Below, in pieces: positions 46,735 through 57,230 of a stretch of DNA of 64,000 nt (the first letter of the stretch is position 1; the number at the start of each line of letters is the position of its first letter). Under the pieces are notes generated by a model. The model ran no database searches, had not been told where the DNA came from, and worked only from the letters and a program-made list of their open reading frames with translations. A program made the position numbers and the translations under genes. The stretch comes from a virus: the IMG/VR virus record IMGVR_UViG_3300050196_000085, positions 5,046-69,045 of that record. The stretch is one strand, 5' to 3'.

Positions 46735-47574
46735 TTAGCCTTTGTTAAAAAGGCTCTTCCGCTCACCGCCGTTGTTGCCACCACCATTTTGGGCGGTAGG
46801 TGCCTTGTTCTGACCGGGACGACCTGACTGACCGGCAGCACCGTCCTTGATGGTACGCTTGTCGCGGACCTTACCCTTGTGGGCTTCGAGCCAGCTATCC
46901 CAAAAAACACCTACGTTTTCGCCGGACTGGTTAAGAATGGCATCATCTGTGACTGAACCATTGTTTTCAAGAGCGACTTCAGCTTCACGAACCGTGCAAC
47001 GGAACTGTGGGAAGAGAGCCTTTTCGGTCTGGTTTACCTCACGTTCGTCGGCAATGGCTTCGTACTGACCAGACGAGTCGCTCTTCTTGGTCTTGTTCTC
47101 GACGATCTTGTAGATTGCGAGTGCGACCTGCTTACCAAGGAGATCGACCAACATTGGAACGGCCTTGGGCAGCTCAGCCTTGGCATCGGCATCCCAGACC
47201 TTAAAGACCTTTTCTTCGTCGGTCTGCTGCGATAGCGGCTTATCAGTCGCAATCATACAGATGTCATTGACGATGTTGAAACCCGGAAGCGGATTACGCT
47301 TCGTCTGATCACGTTCCTGCGATCCCTGCTTCTTCGGGTGGAAGTAATTCCGGCCCTGACCGTCAGTGACCCAAAAGGTTTCACGGTATTCCTTGTTTTC
47401 CTTGTCCACGAAAATGAAGTTGACTGACTGTGCATTCGAGCTGGTGCTCTTGCCCGCATAGGCAGCCTTGATCGTCATCGGGTAGATGTCACTCTCACGA
47501 GTCCAGCTACCACCGCCAACACGGTCTTCCTGCTTCTCCATGTTATCAGTGGAGAGGCCGCCAAAAATTCCCAT
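46735..47574 (-). CDS. Single-stranded DNA-binding protein (N4 gp45-like)
   Basis: ESDIYPMTIKAAY..YRETFWVT..LPGFNIVNDI..ends SLF; synteny. Confidence 0.85.
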   Translation of the reverse strand: MGIFGGLSTDNMEKQEDRVGGGSWTRESDIYPMTIKAAYAGKSTSSNAQSVNFIFVDKENKEYRETFWVTDGQGRNYFHPKKQGSQERDQTKRNPLPGFNIVNDICMIATDKPLSQQTDEEKVFKVWDADAKAELPKAVPMLVDLLGKQVALAIYKIVENKTKKSDSSGQYEAIADEREVNQTEKALFPQFRCTVREAEVALENNGSVTDDAILNQSGENVGVFWDSWLEAHKGKVRDKRTIKDGAAGQSGRPGQNKAPTAQNGGGNNGGERKSLFNKG

Positions 47575-47624
47575 ATCAAGTTCTTTCTATTTGTTTGTCT
47601 ACTGGCTTAGTATCGGTTTGGTAC

Positions 47625-48371
47625 TCAGTCGTAGAACTTGTGGAGGTGATCCAGCAGAAGCTGGGCATCATTATCCATGTAGGTCTGTTGCTTAGTGAAC
47701 ATTCCCATTGGAGAACGGATGCGAGTTCCCATTGACTCCTTAGTCAATCGGGTTTGGAAGACGTACTTGAAACCAAGATCCTGCTCATCTTCGCTGATAT
47801 GAAGAATGTTTGGATCATAATCTTTCAGATCCTTGATAGGGATCTTCGTAGCTTCCACCACGGTAGAGAAGTAGGCTTCCACACCTTGGTTCTTGAGGGC
47901 ACCCTTAATGGGCACCGAACGCTTGAAGGACATTGAGCTTTCATCATACTGCTCAAGGACGTGAGCAATAATGATCACCGGTTTGCCGAACTGGACTAGC
48001 TTATTTTGAAGAAGGTTCTTCCAGAACTGAGCATAATTGCTCCAACCCTTCATAGTATCAGCGGTGCCAAGCACATACTGACTCTCGAACATGTCCATCA
48101 TAAAGGTGGACGAGTCGATGATCAAACCGTCTACAGCATCAGGATTCTCGACGGCTTCGTCTACAAAACCATAGACTTGCCAAGGGTCATCCACACGGGC
48201 TGGGATAAACTTATTCCTGAAGGGCAAGCGTTTACCAGCTTCGCAATTGATGTAAATCCACTTCTCTTGGTTCCGAATGTTTCGGAGAGCAGCAGACTTA
48301 CCGGCACCTGAGACACCACCAATCAGAATCATCTGATCGTTGAAATCGAATACTTCGTTGTTGTCAGACAT
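47625..48371 (-). CDS. AAA/Sak4-like P-loop ATPase (N4 gp44-like)
   Basis: LIGGVSGAGKS, LIIDSSTFMMDMFES, VPIKGALKNQGVEAYFS. Confidence 0.85.
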   Translation of the reverse strand: MSDNNEVFDFNDQMILIGGVSGAGKSAALRNIRNQEKWIYINCEAGKRLPFRNKFIPARVDDPWQVYGFVDEAVENPDAVDGLIIDSSTFMMDMFESQYVLGTADTMKGWSNYAQFWKNLLQNKLVQFGKPVIIIAHVLEQYDESSMSFKRSVPIKGALKNQGVEAYFSTVVEATKIPIKDLKDYDPNILHISEDEQDLGFKYVFQTRLTKESMGTRIRSPMGMFTKQQTYMDNDAQLLLDHLHKFYD

Positions 48372-48585
48372 AATAAACTCCTAAGTAGAATTCACCATTA
48401 TCTGATAGTTGGCCTTCTAGGTTGTGAAAGCCATCATGACAGTCAAAACCAAGCTCACCTTTTGAAAGTCGAAGAGTACGTTGTTCTCCTTTAGTCATGC
48501 AGGTGAAGTCACCATCTACTTCGACATCAATACCCTCTTCAGCTTCTTCAACTGTAAGGTACTCCCGACCTTGAAGATCCCTCAT
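48364..48585 (-). CDS. Hypothetical protein
   Basis: ORF track; fits the operon. Confidence 0.65.
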   Translation of the reverse strand: MRDLQGREYLTVEEAEEGIDVEVDGDFTCMTKGEQRTLRLSKGELGFDCHDGFHNLEGQLSDNGEFYLGVYYV

Positions 48586-48652
48586 GGTGTTCTTTCCTTT
48601 TGGTTCTAGTCAAAGACAGTCCTGAACCAAAGAACAGGACTGCCCGAGACGG

Positions 48653-50824
48653 TTAACGGCGTTCGAAACGCTTACCAACAGTCACCATGATAGTGGTGTC
48701 GATCTCATCTTCGGTGAGGGGATCGTTCAGTTTCTTGTTGAACTCGTGGACCTGTTTCTGGACTTGAATAAGGTCCATACCACTATCTACAAGGGTCAGT
48801 GCGTACTTGATCATCTGGTTGTTACGGTTGCCCATAGCAATACGCTGGGCAAACCAGCGTTCCAGATTGTCCATGTTCTTGACGGCTTGCATTTCCTTTT
48901 TGAAGCCTTCATTCTTGGAAGTCTTCGGAATGAACGGCAGAGCATCAAGGAGTTCACCGTCGAGGTTGTAGTGATACTTGGCTTCGACCTCATCGGACCC
49001 ACCAAAGCATTCCCACTTCTTGGCTCGCTGGTTAGCTGACTCGTCTGTTTTGAATGGTAGCCATGCCATCACATTGTTCATAAACTCTTTGTACTCATCC
49101 GAGTCCAGCTCAAGGTGATAATTGATCGGAAGAATCAATCGGAAGCGATCACCGTGCCCCTCGGTCTGATGCCGCTTTGTCGTGTAGGTCATGAAGCGAT
49201 GTTCCTTCATGATCTCATGACAGGTTTCCAGTGAAATGCCTTCGTCCACGTCGATGACGATCATGTTAAAACCAGCGATGACATTTTCCTCAGCTCGATG
49301 CCCAGCTTTAAAAGCGTGGTTTGTCCAATGGTAGCCAGTGGCTTGGGTCATAAGGTGAAGTTGGTGGAAGGGAACCACTTCCTTCTCATAATTGTATGCC
49401 CAGTGCTGCGAATAGGAGACAATCATCTCGTCGATGTTTGTCTCTTGCAACTTCTCGCCCTTGAAGAACTCGATGCCGTCCACAAAGCTCTTCTTGATAA
49501 TGATGTGCTTTTTGTAACCCCATGCGGTGGCCATGGTCATCATCTCGTTTCGAGCAGCGTTACCTGCCTTGTAGAATGGAAGGGCTTCGTGCAAGTCGGC
49601 GTGCGTTTGCTCAGCGCCCACATCAGCAATGAAGCGAGCGAGCTTGACGTATGCCTTTTCACGATTGAGAATCGCTTGGAACGACGCTCCCGATTGCTCA
49701 ACTAACAAGATGGCTGACATGAGATGATCCATCTCGATCTCGCTACTTTCATCGACAAAGGCATATGCCCCGGCGAGTTTGAGAGCTTTGAAATAGCGAT
49801 GGCTCAGTTCGGACTTTTTGATCTCGTCGTGTTCGGGAAGCTTAGCCGCTTCTGCTTCACACTGGATTTTGTAGGTCAGCAGCATAATGGCCACGTCGTC
49901 TTCGACCTTCATCTTCCAGCCGTGCATAGCTGGATCAGCAAGTCGATGGAACTGGGCTGCCCATTTGTTGGATGCAGCAGCATTCGATGGTTCTGTCAGC
50001 CGCCGAAAAATCTCTTCCGGTGCCAACATATTGAATGCTTTCTTGTCCTGTTGTCCCCAACCAAAAATACAGCGTCGGGCATAACCAGTCTCCAACATGG
50101 AGTAGAACTGGTCCTCAGTTGGACCACCATCCAGCAATTTGCTAGGAGTGCCAAACAGCAGCATGTTGGTGGGAGTCTTTCCATCCAACTCTTCACCGCG
50201 CTGATTGTCAGCAGTGTTCTTGACCAACTTTTGTTTGACGATCCCCTGATCGTACAACTCCAAAAACAAGGTCAGGACATCGGTGGAACCAATGAGGTTG
50301 GATCCGATTTCATCAATTTGCAGGTTGATGGAACCGCATGACGCCAAAAGAAGCTTGTGTCGAAGCTGCTTGACGGCAGGTGGGGTGCCGGAGTCAAAAG
50401 TAAAGGGGTAGGCCCCAGCAGACTTGAACTCCTTTTCAGCCCTCTCGAACTCTTCCTGTGGATCAGTCCCATTACGGGCTGCCCGATTGTTGGCAATCTG
50501 CCACAGGTGTTGCTCAGCGATCACAGGGAAGGTATCTTCCATGAACCGCTTGGTAAAGGGCTTCATCAGTTCCTGCTCGACCACATTGACCGAGTGACCC
50601 TTACCGTAGCCGGATGTGGCCAAAGCAAGAGCGTAAATGTTGACCGGGATATGACCCCGGTCTTTTGTGATGATGGTGGCACGCTGGGCGGCTGCCATCT
50701 TACCGAGGAAGTAGGCTACTTCTACTTGAAAAAAGCCTGTATCTGTCGTCTGGGTCTTATTGCAAAGCAGCTCGACGATCTCGGTGATTGCCGGGTGGTG
50801 CTGCACTTTGGAAAGATCAATCAT
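48653..50824 (-). CDS. DNA primase (N4 gp43/dns-like)
   Basis: LATSGYGKGHS, IDEIGSN, DVDEG, YTTKRH, GNRNNQMIKY. Start moved to MIDLSK. Confidence 0.85.
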   Translation of the reverse strand: MIDLSKVQHHPAITEIVELLCNKTQTTDTGFFQVEVAYFLGKMAAAQRATIITKDRGHIPVNIYALALATSGYGKGHSVNVVEQELMKPFTKRFMEDTFPVIAEQHLWQIANNRAARNGTDPQEEFERAEKEFKSAGAYPFTFDSGTPPAVKQLRHKLLLASCGSINLQIDEIGSNLIGSTDVLTLFLELYDQGIVKQKLVKNTADNQRGEELDGKTPTNMLLFGTPSKLLDGGPTEDQFYSMLETGYARRCIFGWGQQDKKAFNMLAPEEIFRRLTEPSNAAASNKWAAQFHRLADPAMHGWKMKVEDDVAIMLLTYKIQCEAEAAKLPEHDEIKKSELSHRYFKALKLAGAYAFVDESSEIEMDHLMSAILLVEQSGASFQAILNREKAYVKLARFIADVGAEQTHADLHEALPFYKAGNAARNEMMTMATAWGYKKHIIIKKSFVDGIEFFKGEKLQETNIDEMIVSYSQHWAYNYEKEVVPFHQLHLMTQATGYHWTNHAFKAGHRAEENVIAGFNMIVIDVDEGISLETCHEIMKEHRFMTYTTKRHQTEGHGDRFRLILPINYHLELDSDEYKEFMNNVMAWLPFKTDESANQRAKKWECFGGSDEVEAKYHYNLDGELLDALPFIPKTSKNEGFKKEMQAVKNMDNLERWFAQRIAMGNRNNQMIKYALTLVDSGMDLIQVQKQVHEFNKKLNDPLTEDEIDTTIMVTVGKRFERR

Positions 50825-50832
50825 GGCGTTCC

Positions 50833-51837
50833 TCATTCGGGGAAGTAGCGAAGCCTCTGCTGGCAGATGGAAGCACCCGCACAATATGGGCACCGCTTGA
50901 CTTCACCGGAGACGGTGATGACAACACCCTTGCCACTTTTCTCAGCCAGATGCTGATTGGCGTCACTCAGGGTGTCGAAGTTCTTAGTGGAACGGGCACC
51001 GGGTTCCTTGGCCTTGGCGGGATCGGAGAAGTATTTGAACTTCGGTTCCGACCGCCACAGCTCTTCGTCGGTGCATTCCGGTAGCTCGCTTTCGGGAGCA
51101 TTGGCATATTTGATGATTTGCTGGAGCTTGTGCTTTACGAACAGCTCGGTCGTGGTGAGATCGAGCAGTGGAATATCCTTGTACTCCACACGCTTCTGCG
51201 GGTACTTTGGGTTCTGTCGGGCAGCAGCTTTCTGCCAATCGGTGAAAATATAGTTCACCCGCATGAAATCTTCAGTGATCCACTTGACCGGACGGGCGTC
51301 GTCAATCCAGCGATACAGGCTGCCCTGAAGTTGGTTTTCCCCATCTCTGGTTCCATAGACCCAGCCGAAGGCTGACGTGCTCTTGTTGTCCTCTACGTGG
51401 CCTTCAGCCACAGCATCAAACTTACCGCCGATCACAAAGCCATTGAACTCACGATAGCCTCGTTGTTCAAGGTAAATTGGAATGATGTGAGGATTATCGA
51501 TACGTTCTTGGTCTGTGGGATTGATCCGAACACGATCAATCACAGATTGAGGAACACCGAGCTTGCGAAGATTGCGAGCATGGTTGTGGGTCCATGCCTT
51601 CTCGATGCCATCGTGAATGGTGTGACCGAGACCACGGCTGATGTAATCAGCGACATCTTCGGTCACGTTTTCCGGTTCAATCCGGCGTGCCAGAATAATT
51701 TGCTTGAGCGGTTTCATCAGGGTGGTGACGCTGATGTAAGGCTTCTCGAACGATGCCCCGGCACCGTAGTCGTAGTTATCGTCCACGAGCCAAACGGCCA
51801 GTAGAAGCGAAATGTCGAGTTCGTTCGTGATCCTCAC
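50833..51837 (-). CDS. PD-(D/E)xK (Cas4-like) nuclease, N4 gp42-like
   Basis: IGGKFDAVAEGHVEDNKSTS, QGSLYRW, C-terminal CTDEELW..RCPYCAGASICQQ. Confidence 0.8.
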   Translation of the reverse strand: MRITNELDISLLLAVWLVDDNYDYGAGASFEKPYISVTTLMKPLKQIILARRIEPENVTEDVADYISRGLGHTIHDGIEKAWTHNHARNLRKLGVPQSVIDRVRINPTDQERIDNPHIIPIYLEQRGYREFNGFVIGGKFDAVAEGHVEDNKSTSAFGWVYGTRDGENQLQGSLYRWIDDARPVKWITEDFMRVNYIFTDWQKAAARQNPKYPQKRVEYKDIPLLDLTTTELFVKHKLQQIIKYANAPESELPECTDEELWRSEPKFKYFSDPAKAKEPGARSTKNFDTLSDANQHLAEKSGKGVVITVSGEVKRCPYCAGASICQQRLRYFPE

Positions 51838-51949
51838 GATGCGTCTCCGGTTTCTGAAAGGTCATGAGAAAGGAAGCCGTAGCCCCCAAAAAAAGGACTA
51901 CGGCTCCAATTGGTTCAGTTAGAGCGGAAGTTCCAACTGTTCCTCTTGA

Positions 51950-52282
51950 TCAGGAAATAACGTTCCCTGATCCGCTTGCGGCTTCATGTGCATCGACGAT
52001 ACCTTTCAGTTGTCGATGACGCAGAATCCGACCCGCGTAGTGGACCATCTTTTCGGCATCATAGATGTCGGACGAGCCTGGCTTGCCGTTGCCTTGTCGT
52101 GCAGCAGCAGAGCGCCAGAGTGCCTTGAACAGACATCCCTCGTCGAAGGTCATACCAAGTGCTTGGATTATGTCTTCACACTCAGCCTGATACGGAGCCT
52201 GATTCTCTCGCTGGGGATGCGTCACATGGACGAGGTAATAATTCACCCGTCCCCCGGTGAGCTTGGTCAGGGCCACCTGCAT
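51950..52282 (-). CDS. Conserved N4-like phage protein (DUF3310-like)
   Basis: TGGRVNYY..ECEDIIQALGMTFDEGCLFKALWR..YDAEKMVHYA. Confidence 0.7.
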   Translation of the reverse strand: MQVALTKLTGGRVNYYLVHVTHPQRENQAPYQAECEDIIQALGMTFDEGCLFKALWRSAAARQGNGKPGSSDIYDAEKMVHYAGRILRHRQLKGIVDAHEAASGSGNVIS

Positions 52283-52283
52283 G

Positions 52284-52616
52284 TCAGAGAACTTCCGGTA
52301 CAGGGGTCTCAACAAGGGTCATACCCTCAGGAGGAGCCTGAAATTCCTCTTCAGTCATGTGGCCGAGATGGGAAACCGACTGAACCACCACATCACGCAC
52401 GGTGATGATTGCTCGCGCTTCTTCGGGCATTTTCATGAGCATTGACTTGTGGAGGTTCTGCTGGGCCTTCGCCAGCTTGGTGGCCGGAAAGTTTGTGTCG
52501 TCGTGACGAACAAGGGCATTGGTTGGAATCGAGCTGATCTGGGCGGTGTCGCCGTCTTCACCGATGGTGAACATGACAATGCCAGAGATGAGGAAAAAAT
52601 GCTTTTTATCGGACAC
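52284..52616 (-). CDS. N4 gp40-like hypothetical protein
   Basis: HFFLISG..LAKAQQ..DVVVQSVSHLGHMTEEEF; GTG start behind GGAG. Confidence 0.7.
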   Translation of the reverse strand: MSDKKHFFLISGIVMFTIGEDGDTAQISSIPTNALVRHDDTNFPATKLAKAQQNLHKSMLMKMPEEARAIITVRDVVVQSVSHLGHMTEEEFQAPPEGMTLVETPVPEVL

Positions 52617-52693
52617 TGGGTCTTTCTCCAAGTTATTGATGGGGTGTGGTCATTTTGCCCTTAAAAATTGGTATCACCTTACAGGTGACAGGG

Positions 52694-55306
52694 CTAGGCT
52701 GCTTCTTTTAGTGCTTTGTCGATCACAGAAAAAATCTGTTCTTCAGTTGCACCGTTGGGTAAGGTTATCTCCGTTTTCCATGAAGGATAGAAGATACCAA
52801 ACTCGCCGCCGAGTTTAACCTCGGTGTGTACGATGTCAGGAAGCTCCTGCCACTGCACAGCTTTGACGAGATTATCATTGGCGTATTTGATCGCTTTGAT
52901 GTCATCACGAATCAGAAAATACTGTGCGTCATGGATCTGAGCGCATGGTTTGATGTCAAGTCGATATACGCTTTTACGCACTTTTCCATTGAACTCAATA
53001 CCTGCTCGGCTGTTGAGAAGGCAGTAACTCTGGCCAAGTGCATTGCCAGCGGTACGTCCTTCGGCCTCAGCTTGATGCGGGGTTTTGCTGGTTCCACGCA
53101 CCACTTGGTGTAGCAATGGGGTACGAAGTCGTAGACCGAAAGCAATTGTGACATATCCATCTCTGGTCGCCTGATCGAGTTTGGCAGCAACCCACTGGTC
53201 GCTGACCACATACAGCTCGTGGTACTTTGCTTCAACCGACTTAGCTTTCTCCAAGGAGAAACCGCAGTTGGTCATCAGCGTTTTGAATGTGCCCTGATAA
53301 GTCAGAGCGAAGGTCGGTGCTTTAGAATCCTGACGTTCAGCCGGGTACTTCTTGGCGATGGAGTTGATACTAACTACGGAGTTTGGGTCGATCCCTTCCA
53401 TCTTGTCACCAAAATAAGCATATGCCCGAAGGCAATGGCCATCATACCCATCCGTGTAAACCTTTAGCTTGTTGGGATCTTTGCTGGTAAGGGCACTGAT
53501 CCGGTCCTCCAACGAAGCAAAGTCCAATCCACAGAACAGCCAGCCCGGCGGGGCTTGGAAGCAGCTCTTGATAGCCTTGGCATATTTGGAAGAAGCAGGT
53601 AGGTTTTGTAGGTTGGGGCCAGAAGATGATAGTCTACCACTCTTGGTTCCTCCAAGATTGAAGTTTCCAAAGAGATAGTGCCAGCCGTCGTTGCCCTGCT
53701 GGGCATTCTTCAGGGATGGGATGAAGTCGGTGATGATCTTGTTCACCGCCTTGTATTCTTCCAGTCCTTTTAGGAACGCTTTAATGTCAGGGTTCGTCGT
53801 ATGGAACTGCAACGCTTTGATGGTGTCGCCATCCGTGCTGGGCTGCTTGCTATCGGTATATCCGAGTACGGGCAGGTTCAGGAAGTTGAATAGGAGATCC
53901 TGAAGCTGAGGAGCACTGTTAGGATTGAACACCTCCTTCGCGTCGGCGAGCGTAACTCGCTTTTTCTTTAGGGTAGTGTTCTTTATGTGGACCCACCGCT
54001 CGTTGAGACGGTCGGTGTATCGCTGGACGGTTGCTGAGTTTTGGATCGCAGCCAGAGCCTTGGCCATGTCTGCTTCGAGATCTTGCTCGACCTCCAGCAC
54101 CCTTTTCATGTTTATCGGCATCCCGGTAAGCTGCATCTGAATGATGTCTATGATGGCAGGCTGGAACAGCTCACGGTAAACTGGAAGCTGCTCATCTTTG
54201 ACTAACGTATCCCAATGCTTGTTGAAGGTGTACCAAGTGGAGAGTCCGTCCACCAAGTTATATTGGAGAAGATCCTTTAAAGGAATCTTACGAATGTCCT
54301 TAATCTCTTCTACTGCGTAGTTTCCGGCGAATTCTTGAGCTTGGTCTTTCAGACCCAGCTTGTTGCCAGCACAGGAATTGGTCGCCAGATAGGTGATGAG
54401 TTTAGTACAGTCCCATCCACCGTTGTTTCCGAGCATTACTTCCAGCCCATATAGGAGACCTTCTTGGTCGAGAATATGATCCATGAAGAGCTGATAAATC
54501 AGGACGTACACATCAAAGGCGATGTTATGCCACTTGATGTGGACCCCACGCTCACGGCACAGTTCAAAGAACCGTTTGAGCAATGCCCTCCGATGATCGT
54601 TTTTTACCTGTCTGCCGTAAAAGCCCGGCACGCCGGTGTCCTCTACATAGTCTACAGCGAAGGCTATTCCTTCTCCTTGGTTCCAGCAGAAAGTGATGGT
54701 GCCAACACCACACTCCCAGTGTTTCAGACCAAAACCTTCAATGTCTGAGGTGAGGGGTCGACCTTCGTCGAGCAACTGAATGAGCCAATTTTCAATTTCA
54801 TCGTCATTGCCGGGATAAGCGGCAAATTTGATAACATCATTACCCGGCGCTTCGTAAGAACCAGTGGCGTGGGATACCAAAGCGTCTAGCCCCTGCTTAA
54901 TTTTGGCACGGGTCTTATCCGGGTCGTAGAAGATCGACGTATGGTTTGGCACGTAAATGACCTTCCAGTCTCCAAAGGAGCTGTCCATCACGTAACCAAG
55001 ATTCGCTTCGACCTTTACCGCTTTGGTGAGTGCCTTGAAATACTCACCGTCCGTGCAAAGCACGTATTTGACCCCCATGTCTGAAAAGGTCGGAGCCAAT
55101 TCTTCCGTGATATATGCTCGCATCTCAACCATTGGGGTCTTTTTCTTGCCATCGGCATAGTGAAGATCGACCACCAACATATCGTCGGGTTTTATGGCTG
55201 AGGTATCGAGATAGGCTTGTTTGATCTCATCTTTACGGATGTTTGGAACCAGAAGACAGACGGGATAACTCGTCAGCTCTGTGTCGGAGAAGTAAGCGTA
55301 GTGCAT
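52694..55306 (-). CDS. DNA polymerase, family A (N4 gp39-like)
   Basis: SDIEG (Exo I), GTKSGRLSSSGPNLQN, GLDFASLED (motif A), RQDSKAPTFALTYQG (motif B), QIHDAQY (motif C). Confidence 0.97.
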   Translation of the reverse strand: MHYAYFSDTELTSYPVCLLVPNIRKDEIKQAYLDTSAIKPDDMLVVDLHYADGKKKTPMVEMRAYITEELAPTFSDMGVKYVLCTDGEYFKALTKAVKVEANLGYVMDSSFGDWKVIYVPNHTSIFYDPDKTRAKIKQGLDALVSHATGSYEAPGNDVIKFAAYPGNDDEIENWLIQLLDEGRPLTSDIEGFGLKHWECGVGTITFCWNQGEGIAFAVDYVEDTGVPGFYGRQVKNDHRRALLKRFFELCRERGVHIKWHNIAFDVYVLIYQLFMDHILDQEGLLYGLEVMLGNNGGWDCTKLITYLATNSCAGNKLGLKDQAQEFAGNYAVEEIKDIRKIPLKDLLQYNLVDGLSTWYTFNKHWDTLVKDEQLPVYRELFQPAIIDIIQMQLTGMPINMKRVLEVEQDLEADMAKALAAIQNSATVQRYTDRLNERWVHIKNTTLKKKRVTLADAKEVFNPNSAPQLQDLLFNFLNLPVLGYTDSKQPSTDGDTIKALQFHTTNPDIKAFLKGLEEYKAVNKIITDFIPSLKNAQQGNDGWHYLFGNFNLGGTKSGRLSSSGPNLQNLPASSKYAKAIKSCFQAPPGWLFCGLDFASLEDRISALTSKDPNKLKVYTDGYDGHCLRAYAYFGDKMEGIDPNSVVSINSIAKKYPAERQDSKAPTFALTYQGTFKTLMTNCGFSLEKAKSVEAKYHELYVVSDQWVAAKLDQATRDGYVTIAFGLRLRTPLLHQVVRGTSKTPHQAEAEGRTAGNALGQSYCLLNSRAGIEFNGKVRKSVYRLDIKPCAQIHDAQYFLIRDDIKAIKYANDNLVKAVQWQELPDIVHTEVKLGGEFGIFYPSWKTEITLPNGATEEQIFSVIDKALKEAA

Positions 55307-55845
55307 CAGTACATGAGCCTCGCAGCAGCATAGAATTCCATACGTTCCAGCAGCTTATTGAACTGCCGGGTGGCACGGGTATCGTTAGATAGGCTGCATC
55401 CCGGTTTGTTGTGCCGGGGCAGGTTTTTAAGCGCAGGAATCATTTCTGCCAGAAAGTCAGGCAGAGTGTCTCGCATATCCTGAAGGGTTTCGCAGGGCAT
55501 CAGAAGCTTGAATATGATCTGACCAATCATTCTCTCTTCATCTGCTACACGGCCAGCACTTTTGATGTGCCAGTCGATCTTGCCGGTCAAGCTGTCGTGC
55601 AGCGTCTCTTTTCTGGTGCTGCTGCCCATTACTCTAAAGCCTTCAGCCGTATAGTATTCACCCATGTAGATGAACCCTGCGGCCTGAACACCCTTCAGCT
55701 CGTTGTTGACGTTGATGAGATCGGAGATCGACTTGTTGAGTCGGCGCTTTTCACCGACAAAAAGATCCTCCAAGAACTTTTGAATCAGCTTGAAATAACT
55801 GGAGTTCTTGGAAGGCATCTTTACGATTTCGTTTTCGTTATCCAT
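55306..55845 (-). CDS. N4 gp38-like hypothetical protein
   Basis: ORF track frame; GAGG RBS before MDNENE; synteny. Confidence 0.7.
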   Translation of the reverse strand: MDNENEIVKMPSKNSSYFKLIQKFLEDLFVGEKRRLNKSISDLINVNNELKGVQAAGFIYMGEYYTAEGFRVMGSSTRKETLHDSLTGKIDWHIKSAGRVADEERMIGQIIFKLLMPCETLQDMRDTLPDFLAEMIPALKNLPRHNKPGCSLSNDTRATRQFNKLLERMEFYAAARLMY

Positions 55846-55855
55846 GATAGGTGCC

Positions 55856-57181
55856 TCAAAGAATGAGGCCGCCGTATCGCTCGGCAAGCTCACCGTAAAA
55901 TACGATGTGCTTTCGGGCACGAGATCCTGCCACGTATAGCATACGGGCGGCCTGTGATGGATTGGGGGAGCGGCTTAGGTTTGACACATCAATGAAGACG
56001 GTATCAAGAGAAGAGCCTTGGGCTTTGTAGACAGTCGAAGCATCACGCTGCCGGAGGTCCAGCATCTTATCCTTTAAGCTGTACATTTTTTGCCATGCCT
56101 TGCGGCCTGCCAGCCACTTTACGATGCTCTCGTAGTGAGGTTTGTTGAAGGGCAGCATGACATCGGTGAAGGTCATACCTAAACGGGTACGGATGTCTAC
56201 GAACTGATAGGCTACATCCACATTCTGTTCATCGAAGTGATCGACAGTCAGGTTGAACACCTGTGGCTTGATGTTCAGGATTTCTACCTCTTCACCAATC
56301 TTTAACCGATAACGGCGAAGAGGTGTGGGGTGGGCAGAAATTAGAAATTCGCCAACGGTGAATTGTGAAGACAAGCCACGAAGCCAGCGTATCTCATCAT
56401 TAAACTCGACGACTCGCTTGTTTGTGTAGGCTAGTACCCGAGCATCCAGCGTCTGTTTAGCAAACTGCTGGTGAAATGCTTGAGCCATCTGAGCATCATC
56501 GTACCAGTCAATAATGCCGGGTACAATTTGGATTGGTTTAAACTCCAGCGTCTCAACTGTGCGACGAAGCTGCCAATTGAGAGCGTGCAGTTCTGGGATG
56601 GTGGTCCGCATTGGCTGGGTCAATTCTACATGATGAATTGACCCGCGATAGACCGGGCTAATTGGTTCCCTGACAGGGGCCATCTGGCAATGATCGCCTA
56701 CGTAGACGATCTTACAATTAAGTGTGCCCTCATCCATGAATTTGTAAAGCGGAGTGTCCACCATACTGGCTTCGTCCACGAACAGAATCTTGTTGGTATG
56801 GACTTGCCAGTTGTTAGTTTTGGTTAGCCGGGTTTCACCTGTGTCCCAGTCCTCTTGTACCTTCAGCCCGAAAAAAGAAGCTGCCGTCGAAGTAGGACGG
56901 TCACAAGCCAAGCTAAGCACTTCGGCTGCTTGGTTCGTGGTAGAGAGCATAGAAACCTCAGTGTACTTTGGTTCAATGCCCATCATTTTGCAGGTCTGAT
57001 GGTATTGAGGAATGACATCATCGACCATGGCTCCCATAAGGTGTGTCTTGCCGACACCCCCCGGTCCGGTGATTCCCATTTCCTTTTCAGGAGCAAAAAG
57101 GAAAGAGAAGAAATAGTCTGCTGCGTCCTGCTGACCTTGGTTCAGCAAGGGTTTTTTGAGGGTGTTGGTCACATCCGTCAC
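55856..57181 (-). CDS. SF1 (Dda/RecD-like) DNA helicase
   Basis: ITGPGGVGKT, FVDEASM, YVGDHCQMAPV, AYTNKRV, STVYKAQGSS, LYVAGSRA; GTG start behind GGAG. Confidence 0.93.
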   Translation of the reverse strand: MTDVTNTLKKPLLNQGQQDAADYFFSFLFAPEKEMGITGPGGVGKTHLMGAMVDDVIPQYHQTCKMMGIEPKYTEVSMLSTTNQAAEVLSLACDRPTSTAASFFGLKVQEDWDTGETRLTKTNNWQVHTNKILFVDEASMVDTPLYKFMDEGTLNCKIVYVGDHCQMAPVREPISPVYRGSIHHVELTQPMRTTIPELHALNWQLRRTVETLEFKPIQIVPGIIDWYDDAQMAQAFHQQFAKQTLDARVLAYTNKRVVEFNDEIRWLRGLSSQFTVGEFLISAHPTPLRRYRLKIGEEVEILNIKPQVFNLTVDHFDEQNVDVAYQFVDIRTRLGMTFTDVMLPFNKPHYESIVKWLAGRKAWQKMYSLKDKMLDLRQRDASTVYKAQGSSLDTVFIDVSNLSRSPNPSQAARMLYVAGSRARKHIVFYGELAERYGGLIL

Positions 57182-57230
57182 AAGGATGTTCTCCTGATAT
57201 GGCAGACCCCGCTGAAGCAGGGTCTTGCGG